Shown here: positions 36,606 through 46,214 of the stretch, piece by piece
How the letters are laid out: the number at the start of each line of letters is the position of its first letter
Numbering within the stretch: position 1 is the first letter of the stretch
Assembly (NCBI GenBank): GCA_903892635.1
Contig: CAITJH010000044.1
Location: 2,108 to 66,107, forward strand
Direction of reading: 5' to 3'
Source of the DNA: an uncultured Actinomycetes bacterium
Lineage (GTDB): Bacteria; Actinomycetota; Actinomycetes; S36-B12; UBA5976
DNA: 64,000 nucleotides
Made by a program: the position numbers and the translations under genes
Notes under the pieces: generated by a model
The model's database searches: none
Seen by the model: only the letters and a program-made list of their open reading frames with translations
What the model was told of the DNA's origin: nothing

Positions 36606-39514
36606 ATAATTTCTTCGGTCCAAGTCACGCCTTCTTTCAGTAGGCGTGCTGGATTTCCTCCGATTGAAGATTCTTTAGCAAACTCTTTTGTGACAACTGA
36701 TTGCGCTCCGATAATTGATCCGGAACCAATCATCGAACCCTTGAGAATCATTGCGCCCTGCCCTATCCAGACTCTTTCGCCTACGGTGACATCTCGCGCT
36801 GGATTTAGTCGTTCTCCCGATTCAGCATCGACTATGGAGTGCGAATCACTCGTCCAAATTTGGCAATTCGCGATCAAACAATCGGCACCAATTATTACCG
36901 TGCTGCCTTCATTCAAGTTAACAACTAAAGGGCCTCTGATGCGTTGACCAGCATCCATAATAAAGGTGCAATTATCTGCCATGTGGATGCTCAGGGAAGT
37001 TTCTAGAACGTCAATTCCTTTAAGTACGACTGAGCAATTTCTTCCAGCTTGAATGAAAATGCGAGATGCAATCTCGGGTGGAATTGCATCCATTTCAATC
37101 GTTGTACCGAAACCTTTGCGAATCGTCGGCTTAACACTGCTTATGTAATTTGGTAATCGTCCCTCACGCTTTCCAAATCGGAAGTAGTGCAGGAGTGGGT
37201 TTTCGCCTCGTGTCTCTACATCAGGATTATTTTCTAAATAGAAATGAGTCTCAAACCAGTCGTTTGGATTCAGCCTCATTCGCCAGCCAACAGTCTCAAA
37301 ATGTTCAAACTCAAGTCCGGGCTCTAGGTTCAAATGCCTTACTTGCTGGCGGTAATACTTCGTATCAAAAGATCGTCGGGTACGAATGCGGGCAAAGTAA
37401 TCTATAACTTTTCCAAGGACGTAACGAGGTGTGACGGCTCGATTCAAAAAACGACGCCTCACTGAGTTAACTGGTAACAACGTTGTCATAAGTCCAGTGG
37501 TACCTAGCGCTTGTACGAAAGTGCGCCACGTTAAGTGAATTGGTTGCGGTTGCCATTCAACTATCACAGACGGTGCCTTCGGGAGCTCAATGACTACCTG
37601 CTCTATAGCTTGTCTTAGGAAACTTCCTGACTTGCACCAAGAAAATTCCTTCTGCACTCTGAGCAAGTAGTCGAGTTGAGATTGACGAAGAGTTTCGTCG
37701 GTTAGTAACTGCGCTACGACTTGCGCATCATGCTCGGCATTAAGTAACTGCAAGTGCACAGGAGGATCGGGCAAAATTTCTGCCAACGAATGTAAGCGAG
37801 GAAAAACTGAAGGGATGCCCGCGAAAAGTCCATCGAAGGGGGCAAGACCAAATCCTTCCGAAAGCGTTGGAACTATCAGCAGGTCAAGAGAGCTCACTAC
37901 CTTTTGCTTACGCGTCTCAGTGAGAGGTCCATGATAAATAATGTGATCCTGCATTTCAGGATTTGCTATCAGCCAATCATGCTCGGCGCTATTGGAGCTT
38001 CCCCAAATTGGTTCAATACCTATGAGATGAAGTTCAACATTCGGAAATATTTGAATAAGTGATTTATCAATTTCAAATGCGTACACCCGATTTTTGTGGT
38101 GAAAAGATGTGCCAATCAATCCGATGCGAGGAGAGGTGCTGGCTTGTTTTACAGCCTCGTTATTGACAGCAAGATGGTCAAGACCATTAAAGATTATGAA
38201 TGAATCCCCAACAACACTGCGAGACTGACCTACTCGCACAGATTCATTTGCTACATAGTTTGAGTTGTAGAGCACTGTATCGATTTTTTGGCCAGCAAGT
38301 ACGGCACTGCGTTGATAATTTCTAAAGGCCTCGATTGACGGATGATAAAAAGGATTATCGAAGGCAATGTAATCCAGCTGCAAAATCAATGATCTATAGG
38401 CCCAACGTTTTTTCTCTGCGAAAAAGGACTCGTCACCAACTTGAAATGGAGCTACGAACACATCGAACCGCTCGCCCGCTTCACTCATTCGTTCAAGTTC
38501 TGCAGCATTAATAATTTCAATTCCTGGAAGGATTTTTGAAGCTTCTTCCTCTGTTAGCCCAGTGAGAACCTGAACCGTGCCATGAAATTCGGGATCACTT
38601 GCGAGATGTTTAGCAAATTCAACACTGACAATATTGGTTCCCGATTGAGACTTTGACATTCGTCGACCATCAAGTAACACTCGCATGCCAAAAGTCTTCG
38701 TGAGTACACGTAAGAAAAGTGACTCCTGCACGTCATTGTGATTTTCGAAGGTCGATATATATAGTGCATAACCTGGGTATCTGGAATTAATAATTTTTTC
38801 ATGATCGCGCTTCAGATTTGACTTGGATAGTCCAAAGGACGCGCCCGATAGATGTTTAACAATCACGGAGTTACTCATCGTGTGGATGAAACCCATTTTG
38901 AGGGCACGCATACAGAAATCGACTTCTTCGCCATACCCTGGAGAAAAAATTTCGTCGAAATTGCCAACAGCAGTCAAAGCGATCCGCTTGATGTAAATAC
39001 AGTGTCCAACACCAACCGGAATCGTCGCTGGGGGTAGAGGCTCGAGACTGGCGAGATAATCACTTAATTTTGCAATGTCGTCAACCGAAGTATGAAGTAA
39101 GTTTCGGTCACCAAGTCGAACTGAAGTAATGCTTCCTTCATCAGCCATTGCAGTCACAGTCGCAATAACATCGCTGCGGTAGGCATCGACCTGAAGTCGA
39201 TCACTCCATTGAGGAGTTACCAAGACATCGGAATTAACGAGAATGACGTCATTCGTTCCAGCAAGCTCAAAGCCCTTATTCGCCGAACCAACAAAACCCA
39301 AATTGATATCGTTACGAACAAAAGTGATTCGCGAGTTTGATTTTGGAGCAACTAACTGAAAGTCACCTTCTGTGCTCGCATCGTCAATGACAAAGACTTC
39401 AACAGATTTATCTGTGTATTCAAGAATTCGTGAAATGCACTCGGTAGCTAACGTGAAGTTGTTGAAAACTGGGACTACAACAACAAAGCTGTTCACGGCG
39501 GTCGGCAACGTCAT
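36602..39514 (-). CDS. Tri-domain glycosyltransferase: GT2 (N-terminal) - GT4/GT-B (middle) - hexapeptide acetyltransferase (C-terminal)
   Basis: 970 aa. The GT-A part is FVVVVPVFNN...VFVIDDAS...VNSD. The GT-B part is LIVPTLSEGFGLAPFDGLFAGIP. The linker carries NPDV...NPLLHYFRFGKREGRLP. The C-terminal LbH repeats are IGADCLIANCQIW...VGERVWIGQGAMILKGSMIGSGSIIGAQSVV. Confidence 0.85.
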   Translation of the reverse strand: MTLPTAVNSFVVVVPVFNNFTLATECISRILEYTDKSVEVFVIDDASTEGDFQLVAPKSNSRITFVRNDINLGFVGSANKGFELAGTNDVILVNSDVLVTPQWSDRLQVDAYRSDVIATVTAMADEGSITSVRLGDRNLLHTSVDDIAKLSDYLASLEPLPPATIPVGVGHCIYIKRIALTAVGNFDEIFSPGYGEEVDFCMRALKMGFIHTMSNSVIVKHLSGASFGLSKSNLKRDHEKIINSRYPGYALYISTFENHNDVQESLFLRVLTKTFGMRVLLDGRRMSKSQSGTNIVSVEFAKHLASDPEFHGTVQVLTGLTEEEASKILPGIEIINAAELERMSEAGERFDVFVAPFQVGDESFFAEKKRWAYRSLILQLDYIAFDNPFYHPSIEAFRNYQRSAVLAGQKIDTVLYNSNYVANESVRVGQSRSVVGDSFIIFNGLDHLAVNNEAVKQASTSPRIGLIGTSFHHKNRVYAFEIDKSLIQIFPNVELHLIGIEPIWGSSNSAEHDWLIANPEMQDHIIYHGPLTETRKQKVVSSLDLLIVPTLSEGFGLAPFDGLFAGIPSVFPRLHSLAEILPDPPVHLQLLNAEHDAQVVAQLLTDETLRQSQLDYLLRVQKEFSWCKSGSFLRQAIEQVVIELPKAPSVIVEWQPQPIHLTWRTFVQALGTTGLMTTLLPVNSVRRRFLNRAVTPRYVLGKVIDYFARIRTRRSFDTKYYRQQVRHLNLEPGLEFEHFETVGWRMRLNPNDWFETHFYLENNPDVETRGENPLLHYFRFGKREGRLPNYISSVKPTIRKGFGTTIEMDAIPPEIASRIFIQAGRNCSVVLKGIDVLETSLSIHMADNCTFIMDAGQRIRGPLVVNLNEGSTVIIGADCLIANCQIWTSDSHSIVDAESGERLNPARDVTVGERVWIGQGAMILKGSMIGSGSIIGAQSVVTKEFAKESSIGGNPARLLKEGVTWTEEII

Positions 39515-39601
39515 CGCTCCCAGGTCTAGGGGACTTGCTTGAGCCCCCGACCAAACAACTTGTGATCACAGTAGTGGAGAAAGATGAATTTTGCCTGTTG
39601 G

Positions 39602-40153
39602 TTAGGTAAATAGCGATTCTGTTACGGCAATGTCGCAACTTCGACCTGGCAAACCCAACTTGGAACAGTTGGCATTCTGCTCGTCAATAATCTGGAGTGC
39701 AGAGATAGTGCCGTGATCCCAAGTGAAGTCTGAGGTGGTGTGAGCGTCTTCGACAAGAGTCACGTCATAGCCGCGATCTAAAGCGCCGTGAATAGTATGG
39801 CGAACACAGTTGTTGGTTTGAGATCCGCAGATAACGAGATGCCCCACCTGCAATTTATCCAGACTTGTTTCAAGATCAGTTGACTCGAATGAATTACGGA
39901 ATCGCTTATCAATTCGTGCTTCGCCTTCGGCTGGAATTAATTCGGGGACAAGTTGCCAATAGTCACTTCCGATTGGCATCTCTTCATCTGAATGTTGAAC
40001 CCACACTATTGGAACATTCTTCGACCTAGCATTTGCTACCAAAGACGAGATGTTTTCTACGATGTGATCGCGATCGTAAGCATCCCATACGACGCCGTTT
40101 TGAACGTCAATGACAACAAGAGCTGTATTTGGTCGATCTGGAATTGTGCACAT
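39602..40153 (-). CDS. Isochorismatase-family cysteine hydrolase
   Basis: 183 aa with ALVVIDVQNG, a lysine in DKRFRNSF, and the nucleophile context ICGSQTNNCV. Confidence 0.85.
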   Translation of the reverse strand: MCTIPDRPNTALVVIDVQNGVVWDAYDRDHIVENISSLVANARSKNVPIVWVQHSDEEMPIGSDYWQLVPELIPAEGEARIDKRFRNSFESTDLETSLDKLQVGHLVICGSQTNNCVRHTIHGALDRGYDVTLVEDAHTTSDFTWDHGTISALQIIDEQNANCSKLGLPGRSCDIAVTESLFT

Positions 40154-40167
40154 GAAATAAACCTATG

Positions 40168-42195
40168 TCAAGACCACTGATGATTATTTTCTAACTTAAC
40201 GATTACGACATCTTGCGCTCCAACGTGGGAATTCTCGCCAAGGTGTTGTTGGGTGCAAAGTTCAAGCCCCGTCACCCACGTTGGCAGTTGCGATGGAACG
40301 TCAGAAAAATTCACAGCAATTAGGTAGTCCTGTTTTCCATCTGAGCGAATTGTCATGTCAAGGCCACTGGGTACTCGATCGCAGAGACTTTGGATGTTGG
40401 CTGCTTTCACTACGTGACGAAATATGGCGTCTAAGCCGTTTGCGTCAACATCCGCGCTTACATATATTGCAATACCCTTGCCGAATTTGTTGGTAGTGAC
40501 CGATGGTTTACCTTTCAGATGACCAGAAATATAAATCCCCAAATTTGTGGCAGTACCCAACTCCACCCACTCACTCCAGCGACTTACGTTGAATTGCAGT
40601 CCATCGAGTTCAACCAATTCGTGCTGACCATCAACGATCGGCCACCATTCATCAACGCTGATGCCTAAAAGTTCGCTAATTGGACCGGGGGCTCCCCCAA
40701 AATGAACATGGTCATTTTCATCAACCACACCGGAAAATGGGCCAACAACTGCAATTCCCCCAGCACTGACAAATGACTTGAGAAATTCGGAGGTGATCGA
40801 GTCAATTAAATACGCATTCGGTACTAACAGCACTTTGTAAGCAATCATGTCGGTTTGCGGCCGCACTATATCCACTTGGAGTCCTTGAGAAGCCAAAGCG
40901 CTATTCCATGACTTTGCTAAATCCATCCAGTTAAACGCTTCCGAAGGCATCGCTTCGGGGGTTCCTAATGCCCACCGTGAATTCCAATCTGCCAGCATCG
41001 CAATCGGCGTCGAAACTTTAGTTCCAACTAATTCTGAGAGATTTTTTAATTCGTTTCCGAGAGCACTACATTCTCGCCAGGTACGAGATTGAGTTCCGCG
41101 GTGGCCAAGGATTGCGCTATGAAACTTTTCGGTTCCAAAGCGACCTGCACGCCACTGGAAATACATAACGCCATCAGAACCATGAGCGATTGCTTGCATG
41201 CTAAAAAGTCTCATAGTTCCCGGAGGCTTTGGCGCATTTAATTCGCGCCAACTCACCGCGCTTGGTGCTTGCTCTAAAAGTAACCAAGGCTGATTCTTAA
41301 GAGAACGCATGAGTGAATAGTTCAAAGCCGCATCAAGATAAGCGTTCGGATCGCTCGGATCTGGATAAGCATCGTCCGATACAACATCTTCCAGGTCTGC
41401 AAAAGTCCAGTAATCAAGATCTTTAAAGAAGCTCATGAAATTAGTTGTGATAGGAGTCGATGAATTATGGGATCGAATTACATCAACTTCAACTCGAAAC
41501 AGTTCTAAAAGAGCATCACTAGAGAACCTGTCAAAATCGAGAGTCTGCGATGGATTAATTGGGCCGGGAGCGATCGTCGGAGCCTTAATCTGATCGAAAG
41601 ACGAATAGATCTGGCCCCATGACGTTGTGCCCCATGCTCGATTTAATGCATCTACTGTTTGGTAACGAGACTGGAGCCATTTGCGAAAATCTCGACTCGA
41701 CTCTTCACAGTAACAACGTGAGATATGGTCACCGTATTCATTCGAAACATGCCACATCACAATGGCGGGGTGTTCTGCATAGCGCTCCACCATCTTGGTG
41801 GCCATTCGCGCGCAATGTTCGCGCCAGATTAATGAACTCGGACAATATGACTGTCGAGAGCCAAACTCGAGTCGAATACCGTCACGATTTACGGGCAGCA
41901 TTTCGGGATGCTCTCGCACCAACCATGCGGGTGGTGTCGCAGTGGCTGTCGCAAGATCAATAGAAATATTGGCTTCCCACAATTTTTCTATGACATCGTC
42001 TAACCACTGAAAGTCAAACGAATTAAATTCAGGCTCAATGCGCGACCAAGAGAAAACAGGTAGCGTCACAATATTCACGCCAGCTTCAACCATCAACGCA
42101 ATATCTTGAGAAATAGTTTCAGCATCCCATTGTTCAGGGTTATAGTCTGCTCCAAATAGCATGTCTGGGATTCGCGTGATCATGTGTTTTGTCAC
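40168..42195 (-). CDS. Beta-galactosidase, glycoside hydrolase family 42
   Basis: 675 aa with FGADYNPEQW, the acid/base region WHVSNEYG, and a GH42 trimerisation/C-terminal domain. Confidence 0.92.
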   Translation of the reverse strand: MTKHMITRIPDMLFGADYNPEQWDAETISQDIALMVEAGVNIVTLPVFSWSRIEPEFNSFDFQWLDDVIEKLWEANISIDLATATATPPAWLVREHPEMLPVNRDGIRLEFGSRQSYCPSSLIWREHCARMATKMVERYAEHPAIVMWHVSNEYGDHISRCYCEESSRDFRKWLQSRYQTVDALNRAWGTTSWGQIYSSFDQIKAPTIAPGPINPSQTLDFDRFSSDALLELFRVEVDVIRSHNSSTPITTNFMSFFKDLDYWTFADLEDVVSDDAYPDPSDPNAYLDAALNYSLMRSLKNQPWLLLEQAPSAVSWRELNAPKPPGTMRLFSMQAIAHGSDGVMYFQWRAGRFGTEKFHSAILGHRGTQSRTWRECSALGNELKNLSELVGTKVSTPIAMLADWNSRWALGTPEAMPSEAFNWMDLAKSWNSALASQGLQVDIVRPQTDMIAYKVLLVPNAYLIDSITSEFLKSFVSAGGIAVVGPFSGVVDENDHVHFGGAPGPISELLGISVDEWWPIVDGQHELVELDGLQFNVSRWSEWVELGTATNLGIYISGHLKGKPSVTTNKFGKGIAIYVSADVDANGLDAIFRHVVKAANIQSLCDRVPSGLDMTIRSDGKQDYLIAVNFSDVPSQLPTWVTGLELCTQQHLGENSHVGAQDVVIVKLENNHQWS

Positions 42196-43031
42196 TTAAT
42201 AGATCCCCCCAAGAGTCCTGAAACCAATTGACGCTGAAACAAAATGAAGAAAATCAGGATCGGCAATGTAGCTATAAACGCTCCTAGCATAATTGCAGAA
42301 TAGTCGACATGTGTGAGTCCAATCATTGAACTCAATACAAGAGGAACTGTTAACTTCTCAGGGCTATTGAGCATCAGAAGCGGCCAAATAAAAGCATTCC
42401 ATTGGCTGATAAAAGTAAAGATGACAACAGCAGCGATCTGAGGGCGAGCAACCGGTAGAACTATTCGATAAAAGGTTCGCATTTCGCTTGATCCATCAAT
42501 ACGGGCAGCCTCAAGAATTTCATTGGGAAACGAAAGAAAACCTTGCCTCATCATAAAGATTCCAAAGGCGTTCGCCAGGAAAGGAACAATCACTGCCTGA
42601 TAAGTATTAACCCAATGAAACGATGCCATCATTTGGAACAGCGGAACGAGAAGGACTTGGAAAGGAACCATCATCGTAATCAAAATGGTTGATAACAGAA
42701 AACCTCGACCCTTGAATTGAAATTTCGCCAGTGCGTATCCGCACATTGCACTCACTATTGAACTCAGGATGGTGTACACAATGGCAATGAACAAACTATT
42801 TAACATCGCCCGCAGAAATTCATGATCTGTAATCAGTCGATGCCAGGTATTGGACAGTTCAGAGCCAAACCACAATGGAGGCGGAGATTTGAAGAGGTCA
42901 GAAGTCTTGTTCGTTGACGTAACTAACATCCAATAAAACGGAACTAAACTCACGACGGCGCCGATAGTAATTCCTAGATAGAGCAACCACCTAAATGCCC
43001 GCCTTGGAGGTTCAATTCGTATGTCACTCAT
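42192..43031 (-). CDS. Carbohydrate ABC transporter permease
   Basis: 279 aa with 6 TM helices and an EAA-loop-like segment EAARIDGSSEMRTFYRIVLP. Confidence 0.9.
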   Translation of the reverse strand: MSDIRIEPPRRAFRWLLYLGITIGAVVSLVPFYWMLVTSTNKTSDLFKSPPPLWFGSELSNTWHRLITDHEFLRAMLNSLFIAIVYTILSSIVSAMCGYALAKFQFKGRGFLLSTILITMMVPFQVLLVPLFQMMASFHWVNTYQAVIVPFLANAFGIFMMRQGFLSFPNEILEAARIDGSSEMRTFYRIVLPVARPQIAAVVIFTFISQWNAFIWPLLMLNSPEKLTVPLVLSSMIGLTHVDYSAIMLGAFIATLPILIFFILFQRQLVSGLLGGSIK

Positions 43032-43903
43032 CAGGATTCATCATCCTTAAAGAGTTTGAATTGAATAAAAGAAAATAGGCCAATAACAACAACAACGATC
43101 CATGCAATCGCAGATGCGTAGTTGAAATCAAAATCTCGAAAAGCAGTTTTATATAAATACAAAATTGGAGTTAACGTTGCGTTGTTAGGTCCGCCGCCGG
43201 TCAGAATGTAGTTTTCATCAAATAGTTGCAAGGTTCCAATAGTTGATGTGACTGTCGTGAAGAGGATTACCGGACGCAACTGTGGGACAACAATAGACCG
43301 AAATGTGCGCCACCATTTTGCTCCGTCAATAGCAGCTGAATCGAATTGCTCAAGGGGAATTGCTTGAAGGCCAGCCAGAATGATCATCATGTTATAGCCG
43401 GTCCAACGCCAAGTGAGCGCTGAGATCACTGAAACACGAGCCCAGAAAGGCGAGTTAAGCCAGTCAATCGGTTGATGGCCCAGTGCAACAAGGAATTGAT
43501 TCGCCAATCCACCGTTTGTCGCGAGCAGAACACGAAAGACCAGTGCGTATGCAACCAATGTCGTAATGGCTGGGAGAAAATATATGTATCGGAAAGTGCG
43601 ATGAAACTTTAGCCACGACTGATGTACGGAATAAGCCAAGAAGATTGCTAGGCCGATCATGATGGGTACTTGAACGACTAAAAGGATTCCAACATTCGTG
43701 AAAGATTTTCGGATAAGCGGGTCATGGAATAACTTGCCGTACTGTGAAAAACCAGTAAATGATTCAGTACCACTTTGTGTGCTTTGAAAACTTTCCAGCA
43801 ATGAACGTATCAGTGGGTATGCGAAAAAGAGAACAAGAAGAATTCCTGCAGGCGCGACGAAACCCGCAACCGCATTTCTGCGGCGCGGGTTTCGTCGACT
43901 CAT
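43031..43903 (-). CDS. Carbohydrate ABC transporter permease
   Basis: 290 aa with an EAA-loop-like segment DSAAIDGAKWWRTFRSIVVP. Its stop shares 1 nt with the start of the next permease gene (position 43031). Confidence 0.9.
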   Translation of the reverse strand: MSRRNPRRRNAVAGFVAPAGILLVLFFAYPLIRSLLESFQSTQSGTESFTGFSQYGKLFHDPLIRKSFTNVGILLVVQVPIMIGLAIFLAYSVHQSWLKFHRTFRYIYFLPAITTLVAYALVFRVLLATNGGLANQFLVALGHQPIDWLNSPFWARVSVISALTWRWTGYNMMIILAGLQAIPLEQFDSAAIDGAKWWRTFRSIVVPQLRPVILFTTVTSTIGTLQLFDENYILTGGGPNNATLTPILYLYKTAFRDFDFNYASAIAWIVVVVIGLFSFIQFKLFKDDES

Positions 43904-43926
43904 GTGATTCTCGTGCTTTTCAGTGC

Positions 43927-45231
43927 TTATGGAGCGATTGTTCGCCCAGTGGCACTGGCAATCTGAGTTTCAGCATCCTTCAATGCTGCCGCTGGATCAG
44001 TCCCGTTGAGTACAGCTGCTACAACTGCAGTTGCCACAATTTCGGAAGCCTTACCAAAATCACTTGTGTACAAGAGAGTAGGAATCTTGCCTGTGAGGTC
44101 AGCGAACGTTTGGTACACCTTTTGTCCACCGAAGTATGGATCAGCGCTTTGGAAGTAAGGATCGGTAAGTGCAGGAAGGTAAGCAGGGTACAAACCTTCG
44201 TTTTGCATCATAGAAACCTGATTCTTTGAATTTGCCAAAACGAATTTTTCAAATGACCAAGCAAGTGAAGGATTCGCAGCTTGAGCTGGAATCGCCAAAG
44301 TTGAACCACCATTGTTTGATGTCTGGGCGCCTCCATCAGCAAATACTGGAAGTGGACGGACTCCAAACTTGCCCTTGAGTTCTGGCATTTCGCCTGTCAA
44401 AGTTCCAATCCACCACACTGCTTCAACATGCGAGGCTGAATGCCCCTGCTTATTGGCAGCAACTCTTCCGTCCCAACCTTGTACGTTGTCAACTAGACCC
44501 TTGTCCTGCATTGTCTTCATGAGCGTCAATGCACGGATTGCTTCTGGTGTATGAAGGTTGATTTTTCCATCGGCATCAAAGTAACTGGCACCTTGTTGCT
44601 GCAACAGCATCTGGAAAAGTGCTCCGCTCGAAACATCGAAGGATAGAGCTGTATGTCCGGTCTTGGCCTTTATCGTTTCACTTGCGGTTACGAAATCATC
44701 CCACGTCTTCACAGAATTGGGGTCGATACCAGCGGCTGCCCAGTAATCCGAGCGATAGTACATAGCAACAGTTCCTGAATCCCAAGGCAAACTGTAAAGA
44801 CCGCCATCTGCACCCGTTGAGGCATCCCACTTTGAAGGATCGAAATCAGCCTTCATGGATTTTGCTACAGAAGAGATATCCACGAAGCCTTTAGGGAAGT
44901 TCGAGATATAACCAGGCATGTGATCAGTTTCAACGGTGAGGAGATCTGGCAAACCGCTTCCTGACTTCAGCCCTACTGAAATCTTGTCGTAAGCATTGTC
45001 ATAGCCGACGTCAACAACATTGATAGTTGTGCCAGGATTTGCGGTTTGATAATCAGTCGCTAGTCGTTTTAGCGCAGTAGCTGCAACGTCCCAACTCCAT
45101 ACTGTGATTGCTCCAGACGGAGCGCCAGATGGTTCAAGCGCATTTGGCGCCGTCGACGCACTGTTTGATCCGCAAGCAGTCAGAGCCAAAGCCAATGAAG
45201 CTGCGCCGATAATAACTTTTTTGCCGAACAT
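43927..45231 (-). CDS. Sugar ABC transporter substrate-binding lipoprotein
   Basis: 434 aa. It has a lipobox LALTACGS and a family-1 solute-binding protein pattern. Confidence 0.9.
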   Translation of the reverse strand: MFGKKVIIGAASLALALTACGSNSASTAPNALEPSGAPSGAITVWSWDVAATALKRLATDYQTANPGTTINVVDVGYDNAYDKISVGLKSGSGLPDLLTVETDHMPGYISNFPKGFVDISSVAKSMKADFDPSKWDASTGADGGLYSLPWDSGTVAMYYRSDYWAAAGIDPNSVKTWDDFVTASETIKAKTGHTALSFDVSSGALFQMLLQQQGASYFDADGKINLHTPEAIRALTLMKTMQDKGLVDNVQGWDGRVAANKQGHSASHVEAVWWIGTLTGEMPELKGKFGVRPLPVFADGGAQTSNNGGSTLAIPAQAANPSLAWSFEKFVLANSKNQVSMMQNEGLYPAYLPALTDPYFQSADPYFGGQKVYQTFADLTGKIPTLLYTSDFGKASEIVATAVVAAVLNGTDPAAALKDAETQIASATGRTIAP

Positions 45232-45318
45232 GTTTGTCCCTCTTTCAGTTCACACAACGGTGATTACGCACATTCCAGCACAAAAACGGACAGATTTATA
45301 GGATATCTTGCAAAATAT

Positions 45319-45337
45319 TTGAATTTGGCCTTGAATT
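45319..45337. promoter_or_regulatory. Direct repeat TTGAATT-N5-TTGAATT in the divergent promoter region (candidate DeoR operator)
   Basis: Read directly at 45319-45325 and 45331-45337, a 12-nt period. It lies between the ABC substrate-binding gene and the DeoR gene. Confidence 0.25.
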
Positions 45338-45423
45338 CTTAGTTTTTCTCCCAAATCCATCGAAATCTCTGGTTGAAAATGTGCGAATATGCTCTAATTG
45401 AGAAACCTTCGAGGAAGTTAAAA

Positions 45424-46212
45424 ATGCTCGCACAAATTCGACAAGCCGAAATTCTCTTTACGGTCAATAAGCAAGGTGCCGCGAAAGTTCGTGAACTTGC
45501 AAATTTGCTAAACGTCTCAGAAATGACTGTGCGACGCGATATTGAAATTCTGGCTGAACAAGGATTGATCGACAAAGTACATGGCGGCGCTACAAGTTTG
45601 GCGAGCAGTAGTAGTACTGAACCCACCTTTTCGAGCAAGGCACTTCGAGAAAGTGATACGAAGGATGCCATTGCTAAACGCGCTGTGCAATTTGTTGAAC
45701 CCGGCATGGCCATCGCGCTATCCGGCGGAACTACCACACACGCTTTAGCTCGCCTACTCGTTGACGTTCCGGGAATCACAGTCGTTACAAATTCAATTCC
45801 AGCAGCAGACACGTTACATACATTTGGAAGAGACGATCAGACTGTTGTGCTCACAGGCGGCATGCGCACAAATTCAGATGCATTAGTTGGCTCTGTTGTC
45901 GTCAATACGATGAGTTCACTTCATGTAGATCTCCTGTTCATGGGGGTCTACGGCATGAACGTTGAAGCGGGTTTTACTACGCCAAACTTGACTGAGGCTG
46001 AAACCAATAAAGCTCTTATCCGAAGCACTCGATCGTTGGTGGTTCTTGCTGATCACACGAAGTGGAACACAACTGGACTAAGTACCATCGCTTCTCTCTC
46101 TCAAGCCTCTGTAATTGTTAGTGACACGAAGTTACCAAATGAAGCATGCGAAGCAATTCGTGAAAAGAATGTGGAATTAATACTTGCCGAGACTAAGAGT
46201 TTTGAGAAATAA
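45424..46212 (+). CDS. DeoR/GlpR family transcriptional repressor
   Basis: The HTH region is RQAEILFTVNKQGAAKVRELANLLNVSEMTVRRDIEILAEQGLIDKVHGGA, followed by a sugar-phosphate-binding C-terminal domain. The ATG at 45424 follows a GAGGAAG SD. The ORF is open from 45373. Confidence 0.88.
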   Translation: MLAQIRQAEILFTVNKQGAAKVRELANLLNVSEMTVRRDIEILAEQGLIDKVHGGATSLASSSSTEPTFSSKALRESDTKDAIAKRAVQFVEPGMAIALSGGTTTHALARLLVDVPGITVVTNSIPAADTLHTFGRDDQTVVLTGGMRTNSDALVGSVVVNTMSSLHVDLLFMGVYGMNVEAGFTTPNLTEAETNKALIRSTRSLVVLADHTKWNTTGLSTIASLSQASVIVSDTKLPNEACEAIREKNVELILAETKSFEK

Positions 46213-46214
46213 AC

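Noticed and set aside
39515-39601. Sequence cttgagcccccgacc, loosely resembling the T-arm/acceptor region of tRNA-Lys, considered as a possible att remnant.
   Set aside because: The similarity is short and imperfect. The orientation is opposite to that expected for a direct repeat of the minus-strand tRNA. It is not at an island edge.
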